From assembly GCA_951406725.2 (NCBI GenBank), contig OX597830.1:13578001-13642000 (forward strand): a stretch of 64,000 nt of DNA, in the 5' to 3' direction. Within the stretch, counting starts at the first letter, position 1. Each line of letters opens with the position of its first letter. This DNA comes from Octopus vulgaris. Lineage: Eukaryota. Below, piece after piece: positions 1-14,824 of this stretch. A program made the translations under genes and the position numbers. The notes below the pieces were generated by a model. That model made no database searches. It was not told the DNA's origin and was given only the letters and a program-made list of their open reading frames with translations.

Positions 1-95
1 GACAAACATATTTTACGATTCCGTACTGTAAGCAGTGTTTACCGCTCTCTCAGAGATTTATTATAACCTATATATAAATATATATATATATAGGC

Positions 96-170
<75 letters not shown>

Positions 171-171
171 C

Positions 172-209
<38 letters not shown>

Positions 210-1183
210 GTGTGTATGTATGTGTGTGTTATGTGTATGCTAATGGGAAAAGCGTTGACATATATGTGATTTTAAAAATCCCATTTTACATCCGAATAGA
301 AATTTTACCTGAAAATATGCACATAGAGTGCGTTTTGTTACTTTAGTGACGTTGCAAAACATCTGTTATAAGTGCTTTATGCCTATTTCTTCATTTCCGA
401 GATAAAAATTTTGTTGTCAGAGGAGATAAATTGAAAAACCAAAACTTATCGAATGATATTCCATTTACATTAACTTGCAACGCATATAACAATGAAAAAA
501 GAAATGTATGATGCGTTTATAAATGGCCTGTATAGCGTTTCATTAATGCCAGTGGATGTGGGCTGAACGCAGTTTCGGTCTGGGTGAGTTTATTAGGTAT
601 GCCATGGGGACCCGGTTAGCTCGGAGAATCTGCGCGGAATAGATTAGATATAACACCAGTAAAAATAATGTAGACGCAGTTAAATCCATTGGAGGTAACT
701 GAACTGAGATGTATATCTAGGGAGTTAGGGGCTGGGATTTGAAGGTAAGCATTCATTGGAGATTGTAGACCGGATAAGCTATATATTACAACAGTCATGT
801 AGCGGCTATAAAGGTAGCTAGAGAAATGGTTATGCATTTGTTCGATGCATCAGAAGACAGACGAGTGGAAAAAAGAAAATTTAATAAATAATGGCGAAGA
901 AAATGGTATATAAAATATGGACAATAGCTTTCCATAGCGACTTCCTTCTCAAACAACTTAACGGGAAATGCCAATGTATGTATGTATGTATGTATGTATG
1001 TATGTATGTATGTATCTATGTATGTGTGTATGTATGTATGTATGTATGTATGCATGTATGCATGTATGTATGTATGTTTGTATGTATGTATGTATGTATG
1101 TATGTATGTATGCATGTGTTTGTGTGTATGTGAGTACGTATGCTTGTATATGTCTTTCTCTCTCACTTACTCCCTCTCCCTCC

Positions 1184-1315
<132 letters not shown>

Positions 1316-1904
1316 GGAAAGAAATTGAGGAATATGTGTGGGTGTGTGTATGAGGGCACGCCTGTTTGAATATGTATATATATTCATATGCATACATATA
1401 TATAAATATGTAGAAATCCAATTTCAAACATGAAGAAAACCGGATTATTACAGACATGTAGTGAAACACAGAAATATAGTAGCGAAACGCACTCTAGAAC
1501 AGACACACACATGCACACACATACATATACACCTAACACAGACAGACAAACACACACACACGCACAAATACACCCTACATATTTACACACTTAGACATAG
1601 AAAGGCCGAAATCTGAACAGACACAGAGATACACATGTCGGCACAAAACAACAGCAACAATAATAACAACAACATTAACAACAAGCGGAACGCATTAAAA
1701 CCTTCTTTAAATTAAATTCAGTTAAAAGCAAACTCGGTTGAATGAAAAGAATTTACAAAAATAAACTAAATAAGAAAGTAAAAAAAAAACAAAAAAAAAA
1801 CAAAAGAACACAATGAAAATAATAAGTAAAAATAAAAAAATAAAAGAAACAATTGGAATAAATTTTTTAAAATTGTAAAATTATCATAGAACAATGAATG
1901 AGAT

Positions 1905-2336
1905 GAAAAAGAAGAAGAAGAAGAAGAAGAAGAAGAAGAAAAATGTGAGGCGAAGTATGAGGAAGAGATGATGAGGGAAGAAGGACGAAGAGGAGGGACA
2001 ACAATAACGGTCGCAAGAACAAAGGCAAGAAGTGGGAAGAAGAAGAAGAAGGAGGAGGAGGAGGAGGAGGAGAAGAAGAAGGAGAGGAAGAAGAAGAAAG
2101 AGAAGGTGAAGAAGAAGAAAAGGAAGAAGAAGGAGAAGAAGGAGAAGGAGGAGAAGAAGAAGAAGAAGAAGGAGAAGAAGAAGAAGAAAAAGGAGAAGAA
2201 GAAGAAAAAGGAGTAGAAGAAGAAGAAAAAGGATAATGAGAAGAAGAAGACGAAGAAGAAGAAGGAGGAGGAGAAGAAGAAAAAAAAAGAAGAAGAAGAA
2301 GAAGAAGAAGAAGAAGGAGAAGAAGAAGAAGAAGAA
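1905..2336. repeat. (GAA/GGA)n purine microsatellite
   Basis: Direct reading. The complementary type occurs at 49769-50020 and 57543-58200. Confidence 0.95.
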
Positions 2337-2566
2337 AAACTGTCATCAAAACGAAGTGCAATGTTGTTGGTTATTCCATTAGAAAATTAATCATTCCGCC
2401 TGTGATTAGATAGAAAACACATTGGGCGTTATATCGTATGGCGGAGACTTGGCAAAGAAATTGGAGAGTTGCACGGCTAAACATGACAAACTTTATATGC
2501 ATACATATATGTATATATATAAATACTTATATGCGTGTGTATTTGAAAGCCTTCATATATACATGC

Positions 2567-2599
<33 letters not shown>

Positions 2600-2651
2600 T
2601 GTACTTGTTTCAGTAATTTGACTGAGGCCATGCTGGAGCACCGCCTTTAGA

Positions 2652-2814
2652 GTGGTGAAAGAGTACAGCAGGGATCACCACCTCCTGCCGGAGCCTCGTG
2701 GAGCTTTTAGGTGTTTTTTTCGCTCAATAAACACACACAACGCCCGGTCTGGGAATCGAAACCGCGATCCTCCGACCGCAAGTCCGCTGCCCTAACCACT
2801 AGGCCATTGCGCCT

Positions 2815-2817
<3 letters not shown>
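2652..2817 (-). mobile_element. SINE family B, 5' part
   Basis: Homology to family B. Joined to a family A tail fragment at 2600-2650. Confidence 0.85.
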
Positions 2818-2900
<83 letters not shown>

Positions 2901-2909
2901 TAATAAATA

Positions 2910-3088
2910 AATTAATAAATAAAATAAAACATACGCATATATACATACACATATGTACCTACCTACATCTATATGTATATATACATGCATATATGGGTAC
3001 AGGACACCCCCCAAAAAAAACGTCGAACTCAATGAGAAACGAAAACATAAACCCAAAACCAAGGAACTGGAAACTTTTCTTAAACATA
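2910..3088. repeat. Interspersed ~180-bp repeat embedded in (TA)n; second copy inverted at ~25448-25645
   Basis: Shared text ...catatatgggtacaggacacc..aaaaacgtcgaac.caatgagaaacgaaaacataaac.caaaaccaaggaa.tgga... in both copies. Confidence 0.8.
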
Positions 3089-3254
3089 CATATATATATA
3101 TATATATATGTAAACTAATATGTGACAATTATTCGGTAGCCAAGATAAAACATGTAACGAGGAGGAACGACAATAACGGTCGCAAGAACAAAGGCAAGAA
3201 GAAGAACAAGAGGAAGAAGAAGAAGAAGAAGAAGAAGAAAAAAATTTTTTTTTA

Positions 3255-3307
<53 letters not shown>

Positions 3308-3754
3308 GTATGTATAATATGTACGTTCGTATTTATGTATGTGTTCGCGTACGCTAGCACACTCACTCATATTCATTCATACATCGTAGTTGAATATTCA
3401 GTGTTAAAGATTTTCACCTGACATTCAAACCCTGTCTTCTTTCTCTCTTTCTTCTTCAACACCACTAAAGGCAGAGCATTCTAATTTTGTGAACGGCTCC
3501 TTCTCTACTCAAATACCTTTGGCACTCCTTGCAATCTCCGATCCATAAGGTCTATAGATTATGTGAGTAAAGAACTCTACCTAGTTTTAAATACCGAATG
3601 AAGTAACTAAAGGAACGGTAGGGGAAGGCTGAGGTCAATCGGTATAAAGATAACAAAAATACTCAAACTTTCCGCTTCCACATTGGTTTGGTATCTTCAA
3701 GCGTTTCTCTAAAGAGACCACGTTTTTGTTGTTAACATAATTTCAATTACCTCT

Positions 3755-3975
3755 TATCTTTTAATTGTTTTAGTCATGTGACTGCGGCCATGCTGCTGCA
3801 CCGCCTTGGAGGGTTTTAGTCAAACAAATTGATCCCAGGTGTTATTTGTTTTAAAGTCTAGTAATTATTCTGTCGGTCTTTTATGCTGAGCCGCTAGCTT
3901 ACACGGACGTAAACACCAACACTGGTTGCCAACTGGTGGAGGGTGGGGGAACAAACACAGACACAAAGACACACA
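3755..3975 (-). mobile_element. SINE family A, 3' half, diverged
   Basis: gactgcggccatgctg..gcaccgcc...cggacgtaaacacc. Confidence 0.8.
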
Positions 3976-4225
3976 CACACATAGATACATATCCACCAAT
4001 ATATATATATATATGTGTATATATATAAATCAATAATTAAGGATACTAACAAACAGTACCGGCATGCTAAATATAGCAGTCAAAATGACCAAATCACAAA
4101 TTTATTGCTTATGATAATATCAGTGGCCTAGCATGCGTAAAATACTTAAAACGATAAAAAATTATCAATTAATAATTAAGGGTATTAACATGCCAGGCCA
4201 CTGATATTATTATAAACAATAATAT

Positions 4226-5343
<1,118 letters not shown>

Positions 5344-6712
5344 AAAAGAATATATATATAAATATATATCCTCCTCCTTCATCTCCCTCTCCTCCTCCCC
5401 TCCTCCTCTCACCCTCCTCTCCTCATCTCCCTCATCATCCCCTCCTCCTTCCTCATCATCCCTCGACTACTTCGGCAGTGTCAAGCAGGTCCTCATGTTC
5501 CCGCATACGATTTTCAGTCCTTTCATATCCTTGCAGGTGGATGTGTACCTTTTTATCTTTCATGTTGTTCGACTGCATGAGAAGATACAAATCGACGACG
5601 GTTTGCCAACTGGGGATGTACGAGATGAGCTCTGTTTAGGTCATCCTTTTTAGGTCCTACTCTATGTGGAGCAAGCAAAAGTATCCCTAGAGAAGGTTGC
5701 TTGGTCATTCAGGATGTGCCGAATGATGTTGTCGTCCTCAGCTCAACATCAAGCTACCAATATCCTGAACCACTTGCATGCAAAAGTGAGACTGCGGCTG
5801 CCAATGCTATCTTCAACCCGTCGTTTAAGCCCGTTTTCGATCGCTACAGGGCTTGGAACGATTGGTGGTCCTGCGAGCCTGCGCAATGGAGATTTTAGGT
5901 GAAGTGCAGTATGTGCTGAACTCAGGTTTCATCTGCCATGGCCCAGCAAGCTGAGATGGTGACAGTGAGTTCCTCATGTCGTAGGTTTTACATCGGAATT
6001 TTGTTGAAGCCCCTAGCTCAAAAATCTTCCTCGGGAGCAGTGAGGTAGTTACCTAGGGTGGAAGGTGGCTACTGAATGCTACAAGACATGTCCATGGAAT
6101 CAGAGTGTTGACACGTCGGATATGTCCAGTATGATTTGCCACTAACACATAGACAGGATCCTAACAGGTATTACCACCCCGGATCAGAGCGGATTTGGGA
6201 GTAATGGTGACTAAGGAATTATTCCATACTCTGCAGTACCTCAGAACTCATATTGTTACACATATTGTTACAAAAGGGACTAAGTATTGATTAGGTGGAT
6301 GGTTTCTCAATGACTTAAATTCATACATTAGTAATTTTTCGAGTCCCCTGGAATTATCCTCCTGCTTCCCTTTGTCAAAGAAAAATGCAGTCCAACTAAG
6401 TCTCTGAATGAAGGCACTTGTGTTCGTTTTTAAAGAATTAAGGTACACCCTTTTGGTATAGGCATGACTTTTATTGAAACATCAAGTTCGTTTATTCCCT
6501 ATCTCGTAGTAAGCGACTCAGTCAAATATTAGTGGGTAGTTAATATACTAATTTCATTCATGGGTTAACCATTGAGTTTACTCTTCGAAGCTCATCCACG
6601 GGTCCAGGCTATCCGACAAACAGCAATCCAGAGATTGTTCGTTTTATCAAATATATGCTTGAAAATCTACAAATATCCTCAGAGCTTTTATAGTTATAAC
6701 GAAGGACAATGA

Positions 6713-7240
6713 AGTTAGTTAGTTAGTTAGTTAATTTTTTTGGCTCAAAAAGCAAAACGCAAGGCCATGTAGGGGGACATGGAGTTATGTACATGGTGGT
6801 GTTCATGCAAAGAGTTCAGGCCACTTGAGGTCAAGAGAGACTTTGAACCGAGCGGTCGTCGGCAACTTCACCATCTCGTCTGGCAGCTTATTCCACGGGT
6901 CCGCAACCCGGACGGAGAATGCCCCTCTCCTTCGATTGAGATGAAATCGTCGCAGATAGAGATTTTCGGAATGACCCCGCAGCCGACGCTCTGGAGCAGG
7001 AGTGAAGAACAGCTCTTTCGAGAGGTTACACTTTCCGCTTATGATGTTGTGAGCAAGAATGAGATCTCCATGGCGTCGTCGTTTTTCTAGAGTCTTCAGC
7101 CTTTCTTCATAAGACACATTTTTGAGACCAAGAACCATGCGGGTAGCCAGCTTCTGGACTCTTTCGAGATGTTGTATGTCTTTGAGGAGATAAGGAGAAG
7201 AGGCTTGAATCCTGTACCCCAATATGGGTCTCACCAGTGA
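6713..7240 (-). mobile_element. CR1-clade LINE 3' fragment with an (AACT)n tail
   Basis: LVRPILGY..QASSPYLLKDIQHLERVQKLATRMV.GL...SYEERL...RRRHGDLI...LRGH...FSVRV...WNKLP is a typical CR1 ORF2 C-terminus. Confidence 0.9.
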
Positions 7241-7765
7241 ATTAGTCCTTTTATTACATTCATCTACAATTGTTTCAGCTGAATTCGATCTCATGAATAT
7301 TGCTATATCATGTACCGCTATTGATTCATGAGATGTCATTGACATATGTAGAAATTGGACTCTTCACAATTAAGCATGAAAGTTATTTGCTGTATATAAT
7401 TGAATCGTCAATAATTTATACAATACGATTTGGGCAGGTTTACATGTTTAAGTTTGCATATTACTAGCTAAATAAAATGACCAAACTGTATGCTTGTTAC
7501 TCAACCGAACCATGTAGAGGGAGTTTAAAATGAAAATTATCCAGGGCCACAAGCATACATGGTAAGTTATCATGCACCTAGCGCACATACATCCACTCAT
7601 ATTGCCACATTATGGCAAGCATTTTCGACAACTAATCGCCATGGAAATGCACACACACACACACATACACACACACAGACACGCAGACACAGACAGACAG
7701 ACAGACACACACACACACGCACACACACACATACACACATACACAGACACAGACACACAGACACA

Positions 7766-7823
<58 letters not shown>

Positions 7824-7826
<3 letters not shown>

Positions 7827-8593
7827 GCGGTGGGTACCAAAAAGAAACCGGAATTTTGCAATATTTTACTCAGTTTTACATGTTTACCCTTTTATAGCCT
7901 TCAAAGTATTCCTCATGTGGGGCAATGCATCGGTTCAGGCGCGTTTCCACTCTTCGAAGCAGTGCCGGAAATCTTGCGAAGTGGTACCTTTTAACGGCTC
8001 CGTCGTTCTACTTCCACATCAGCAAATTCCATAGCACCAGTTTTCGTCAACAGTGATGACCTTCGAAAATAAGGTTCGGATCAACTTCCAACTGTTCTCA
8101 CACAGTTTACGACATGCATTAAGTCGTGAATGCTTTTGATCTTCTGTGAGTAAACGAGGCACACATTTTGCTGCATCTTTCTTCATTCGCAATTCCTCGC
8201 TCAAAATTCGTTGCCAGGAGTTCCAGGACACTCCAGTCATATCAACAAGTTCGTCAATTGTTCGGTGACGGTCCTCCAAGATCGGTTCATGAATTTTTGT
8301 CCTGGACGAGGCTGGTCTTGAAGTGACAAGTGACCATTCCTAAAGCGTGGAAACCACCCGTAAACTTCTGTCTTGCCCATGACAGCGTCCTTTTAAAGCA
8401 GGACAACTATTTCGGCCGCCGTTTTCCCCAGCAGAAAATACAATTTCACGAAAGCATGCTGTTCCTTCGTTTCAGCCATCGCAAAAAATCGACGAACAGG
8501 GGAGAAGCAACGCAAAACAAAGACGCATCACGAGCGGTGGAAGCCTGAACTACAATGGACTTGTACCGCAGAGAACGTTTCCGGTTACTTTTG

Positions 8594-8597
<4 letters not shown>
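7824..8597 (-). mobile_element. Internally deleted mariner DNA transposon
   Basis: EDRHRTIDEL...ILSEELRMKKDAAKCVPRLLTEDQK...KVITVDENWCYG (WVPRLL and ITGDETW motifs). C-terminal remnant near 7900-7980. Partial TIR match (aaaaagaaaccggaa versus ttccggttacttttg). Confidence 0.85.
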
Positions 8598-8675
<78 letters not shown>

Positions 8676-8717
8676 AATGAAAGACGGAAGTTGGAATATA
8701 CGAGAATTAATATTAAT

Positions 8718-8816
8718 CACGACAATTGTTTCGACACATCTAGCATCGATTCCGCTTGAGTGTGTCACTCAACAATTGGTTCAGCAGCATCCGGTGGTGA
8801 TGTATCTCTTCGGGTG
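8718..8816 (-). ncRNA. Type I hammerhead motif (U4C core, long stem II)
   Basis: Minus strand: cac CCGAAGA gatacatc...gatgtgtc GAAA caattg TC gtg. 8-bp stem II and palindromic stem III. Confidence 0.7.
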
Positions 8817-9772
8817 CTAAATATGTGTGAGTATATTTGTGTGTATATCATACCTACACACACACGTACACACACATACAAACGCACACACATACACAAA
8901 TGCATGCATGCATGCACGTATGAATGTATGTATGTATGTATGAAAGAAGTTTACTCTGAAATCCTTAGAATACGACTGTATGTACAAATTATAGTGATCA
9001 TAAAATCTACCGGTTTCACTATTTTATAGCTATTTATGATTTACTAATTAATTACGTTATAATTTTCTGATTTGAGAACTTAATTTTGTTGGTGATGCTA
9101 GCGTTGTTGCTACGATTTCACAATTTTATAAATCGATGTTCTGGTATCAGGGGAGATAATGCACTTTTGTTTATTAAAAGTAATTTACGAAGTTGTCAGT
9201 AGTTAATTTATTTTAATTAATAACAGATATAAATGCAATCAGTTTTAATCAAACAGAAATATGAATAATAAAAATTGATTAATTAAACCTAAATGTAATT
9301 AAAATTAATTAAATTTGTGTATTTAGACAGGCCCGCTATCTGTCAGTGTATGTAGTCTCCTTATTCAATCGCTGTTGTTCATAAATTTCGTTTCTACATC
9401 GATACAGAGGAAAAACTTTCAAAATTTTCCTAGCACATGTATCTATCGCTCTCTGAGATATTTGTAGCAGGGAAATCTAATATAGTCTTTATGCGCTTCA
9501 AGTCTTCATAATGCCCTTGCAGTTTGCCCTATATAATTTTTTCCAATTCCTAAAGAAATTATCATGAAAGCACCAAATCATAAGAGATTTATTAGTCACA
9601 GAATTATTAATATTTTTTGAAAGAGAAACCGCTTGACTACATAAGCACTGAATTTCATGCGTATAATTTTATCTTGAAAATTTTAGTGTATTTTCTGCCT
9701 GGAGACTTGCTTGTTTTTTGGTTGCATATATTCTTTATTTAAACATATTCTCTGTTTCTCCCTCTCTCTCAT

Positions 9773-9912
<140 letters not shown>

Positions 9913-10369
9913 GTGTGGTTACGTGTGTGTGTGTGTATCTATGCATCATACTTAAAACAGATAAATCGTTAAAAGTCTGTTAAACAGCAATATTCTAATC
10001 GAGAACGTATCTCTCATGGAGTTATTTAAAAAAAATATCTGAAGCAGTAGAAGAAGGAATTCGTACAGAAGCGATAGTGGCATTGCTAAATATGTATTTC
10101 TGCCTCTTTGCGCTTCGTCAGTACATGCTAAGATAAGAATCTGTCGCTACTAATACCTTCCACTGCTGATATAGTAAAACAGTGACTGAAAATCCACCGA
10201 CGCCGCATTTACTCGGTTGCCTGAATAAAAATTCGTTACTAGCGACGGAAGCAACATTAGTTCAAAATATGTATCTGTATATCATTCTGTAAGCAGACAC
10301 ATCACTGAAAACCTAATTAACTGCAGTAAACGTTTCAGGAAAGCGTTAAAAATACATATATATATCTGT

Positions 10370-12560
10370 AACACTGTTGTGGCCCATTCTCGATTTGTAA
10401 CGTCGCACCACCCACTTCATTTACTTTTATTCTGCACTCTTCTAACCAAATTTCTTTGAAACATTTGGTGACGTTTTTTGTATGAGATCTTTGAGGGCTT
10501 TTCACCGATAGTAGCCAGCTGCCTCTTTCTGATGTGCTATCTTTTGGTGCTCATAGATATTCATGTTCCGTTCAAAGAATTAAGACCCAAAATGGCAGCG
10601 ATTCCTCCTATTTCTTTATCTTCCCTGACAGTCTCGACTTATTTTGCTTTGGATGCCACAGAGAAGTTTCGGTTCAGGATGTTTCTGATTCTCATTTATG
10701 GTCTTTCATTGTAATGCTTCCCTGTTGCCACCTCAGAATAAAACGTTAGTTTCGACAGTCGTTCATTGTTCATCAAAGTCGACAATGGTCAATCCAGCTC
10801 AACTGATGAACTGTACTCATCGTGAAACGTGTCATTTCTACTTGTTCTAGGACATAGGTATTACGGTGGCACAAGGACATCTTCTCGCTCCATACAAGTT
10901 TTAACATCAAATGATGAGGTGGATCCGTTTAAATAGCAGTGAACACTACGTGTTCACTGTTCATCGAACTTTGGGATGGTAGCAAGGAATTATAAGGGAA
11001 GTACCAAGCTTTTGAAATATATTTTCTACAGTGCTTACGGTAAAAGCTTTGATCAGACCGTCAAAGAAGAGCTATAGTAAGTATCTTGTGCTCATTGATT
11101 GTGCTTTGCAGCAGACAGATTGCAAAAACAAAACCGACTGTACACGTTTAAGGGCAAAGTACTTTATCTGACGCAGACAGTGTAAATTTGGCTTTTGGTT
11201 AGAGATATTCTAGCAAAATTCTTGTTGAAAATTTTCTAGCAATCAAGAGGAGCAAAATTTCTCTAAGCTTCTCACAGTCACTTCATCTTGTGTTCTTGAA
11301 AAATTGTTGCAATTTAGGCATCTTTGAGATCAAATGAAATATTTTGTCTTTCTCTGATGATTGGATTAATGCGATAGGGTAACCTGTAACTGTTCACATA
11401 TTTTGAAAATTGCAATAGAAATATTGTCTATTATTCTTTATTTTTGTAAGATGACGGAAACTGTAGAATCGGGTCGATGGTGACAGCATTGACGTTAGCT
11501 AGACTATTGAGGAGAGTTTCGAAAATGTTTCGTCCAAAGACTAAAGACATGAGGTTCGTATTTTAAGACTTTTAATCCATCTGATAACCCGAATGGTGTT
11601 ATAGTAGACGATGAGGTTAGCAGGTGATTTTCCTGCGCAAAACTTTCTCGCGCCTCCTTAACTAGGGTAATTTTAAACATTTCGAAATCCATCAGCCCTT
11701 TTGGATTATTGCAGATCCTGGTTTGATAGCTTTTCTTTTTTCTTTTTGGCAGTTGAAGATGATTGATTGTCTGAAGTAAGTCGAATTTGTCTATTCAGAC
11801 TGATAAATGTTGCAATTTCCGGATCGTTTTCATCACACCAATTTTGTGGCATCTTTTAGTAATTCCTACAATTTTTGTTCAACTTGATTAGCATCTTCTT
11901 TTGGTTGATTCATCATTTTTCGATTATATCTTATCAGGGTGGAGGTGGATGTTGTTGAAGTTCTTCAAAGATACACTTCTCAAATTCAGTATGACGATTA
12001 GGATTACGGAGGATGAGGTTGATCTTCGTTCTCGGTGGGGGGATTACGGGACCTGATCCGAGGATTCAGTTGATTTTTCAAATGATCCGTCCAGGAGTTG
12101 TTAGTTCTTCTTATAGCTCTCTCATGGTTCTGGTAATAATAGTCGATGAGATGCCAACGTTTTGATCTCGGGTGTATTTCTCTTCGAGTTTGAACAGGGT
12201 ATAGATAACAACAAGGTTATGCTCAGTACAAGTATCCAGCAATATAAAACATTGGAGATGGTATTACCGACCGCTTCTTTCCTCAGTACACTCTTCAAAA
12301 TAGATCGGTGTCTAGAACTGGAGCATATGCACAGCCGATGGTGATGCCAACCATTTCTCCCGACGATGGAAATCTTGAAGCGATGATTTGATAATTGATG
12401 TGAAAAACCATGTTAAGGCTTTTCGCGATAGAAGTCTTGATGCCAAGTCGAAACCCACTCTGCAGTCGATCTCCCGCTTGTCTTCTCTTTGTAAAAGAAC
12501 ATTGTCGTCGTAACCAAAGGAGAGCCAGTATCTGTGTGTGCACGTGTATCTTCGCATATA
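10370..12560 (-). mobile_element. Highly degenerate Penelope-like element remnant
   Basis: Minus-strand fragments resemble the PLE RT N-terminus (AIIQK, compare IIxKADKG; GLKVLKYEP, compare GLPKVHK..P) and a GIY-YIG C-terminus (REAL..). Heavily decayed. Confidence 0.5.
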
Positions 12561-12791
12561 TGTATTAATAATAACTATTTGGAATTTTATAAGCTGTTCG
12601 TGGACGTGTACTTCTTTGATCAGACACCGTGATTTGAAACCAAAACCAACAACAACATGTTAGAGTAAAAATGGTTATTTCAAGTTAGATTCCAATTTCA
12701 TTCCCATCAGTGTTGTTTCGTAATGGTATTATATACTCAAACTTATTACTTATCATTCTAGGTATATGTGGTGTAGTTATACACGTGTATG

Positions 12792-12843
<52 letters not shown>

Positions 12844-12958
12844 CACACACACACACAGAGAAAATACAGAATATATATATATATATTTATATATTCTGTA
12901 TTTTCTGTGTGTGTATGTATGGGTATCTATCTATCGACATATCCATCTATCTACATGC

Positions 12959-13006
<48 letters not shown>

Positions 13007-13082
13007 GTATGTATCATCACACCCCCTTTCTGTACTCTCACACGTACACGCATGCATACATACTTATACACCCACATGTATA

Positions 13083-13124
<42 letters not shown>

Positions 13125-13744
13125 CAAACACGCACACAAGTATAAAGACAATGGATCTACAATACTTACAACTGACATTAAAAAAATAGTACACATATAT
13201 AGACATGGTGCTCACAAAATTATATAAACGCTGTTTATATATAACTACATGCAGGCAACACCCTCGTAGTTCTAAAGATAGGCAATATAGAGAACTATGC
13301 AGAAAGTAGGAATATAGCCCAAAGGCTTTAGCAATCGAAAAAAAAAAATATCGCTTAGTAACTTTGAATAGTATATAGCTGTAAGAAAAACGTTTTTTTT
13401 CCTTAGAAGTTGAAAATTTCAGAGAATACGCAAGCCACACACACATTTACACACATATTTACATCCACCACCACCACCACCCAACAACGCACACCACACA
13501 CGTTCATAAATACAAGTGCGTATGAATACATTTTTTTTTCAAAATGGTAACTATTATACGAACGTCTCTTCCTATTACTACTACTGCGGTGTGCAATCAT
13601 AATTTCACTTCTATCACTTTCTTTTTACTTTTGAAGACTATGTCTGTGTGTCTCTCCCCCCCCCCCCACAACTCGCACCGCCGCTGCCTATCTATTCATA
13701 GCCATAATTTCCACTTTATCTGACACTGCAACACATACAATTTC

Positions 13745-13747
13745 ATA

Positions 13748-13808
<61 letters not shown>

Positions 13809-13879
13809 ACATATATATATATGTATATATATATATACATATATGTATATATATATACATATATGTATATATATATACA

Positions 13880-13915
<36 letters not shown>

Positions 13916-14130
13916 CATATATATGTATATATATGCATATGTATGTATATATATATGTATGTATATATGCATATATGTATATATATATACATGTATGTAT
14001 ATACTTTTGTATGTATGTATGTTATATATATATATATATATATACATATATAAATACACATATAAATACACACACAGACATATATATATATATATATATA
14101 AGCATATATAGGCGGGTATATATACACACG
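13745..14130. repeat. Compound (TA)n/(TATG)n microsatellite, representative of dozens in the window
   Basis: Direct reading. Other large tracts: 975-1315, 4231-4410, 7650-7825, 24640-24980, 38780-38940, 61680-62740, 63305-63480. Confidence 0.95.
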
Positions 14131-14544
14131 TACACATACAGACAAGCACACTTATGAATCTCTATACGTGCTTCTGAGTGTATATGCATCTTTATTTGCA
14201 TATTGATATATATATATATATATATATATGCATAATGCACATACAAACATACATATACACACACACACATATGCGCACGTACGCACATAGGTACACATTT
14301 ATATATGCTTTCTCTTCTCTCTCCCCCTCCATCCCTCCCTCCCAGCCTCCCTCCCTCCCAGCCTCCCTCCATCCATCCTTTTTTGCTGCTAGTTACAATG
14401 TTACACGTCTAATCGAATTTCAATCTTTAAGATGATATAAAAATTACTGTTGTGTTCTTTTCAGAATATCTTTGTCACACAATGTAACTCGTACGCTGTG
14501 TTAAAAAGAAATATGTCAACACATTAACGCCCACCTACGGACAC

Positions 14545-14627
14545 ATAATTCATACATACACACAAGCATATACACAAACACATACGTGCATAATTCCTAC
14601 ATACGTATGTACATACATAATACATAG

Positions 14628-14684
<57 letters not shown>

Positions 14685-14782
14685 CACACAATTCATACAT
14701 ACACACAAGCATATACACAAACACATACGTACATAATTCCTATATACGTATGTACATACACAATACATAGACACACACACAT

Positions 14783-14800
<18 letters not shown>
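14545..14800. repeat. Local tandem duplication with a period of ~144 bp
   Basis: aattcatacatacacacaagcatatacacaaacacatacgt.cataattccta.atacgtatgtacataca.aatacataga occurs at ~14547 and ~14690. Confidence 0.85.

Positions 14801-14824
<24 letters not shown>

Noticed and set aside
5460-6250. GC-richer segment with ORFs 5666-5902 and 5701-5898
   Set aside because: No recognisable domain or splice structure. Likely an unclassified TE relic.
10795-10840. CTGATGA...GAAACGTGTC hammerhead-like string on the plus strand
   Set aside because: Stem I does not pair, stem II has only 2 bp, and it is antisense to the putative PLE. Probably chance.
12705-12762. Minus-strand ATGATAA gtaat...attac GAAA near the decayed PLE
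   Set aside because: The 3-8 pair and stems I and III are broken. It may be a relic but is not supportable.
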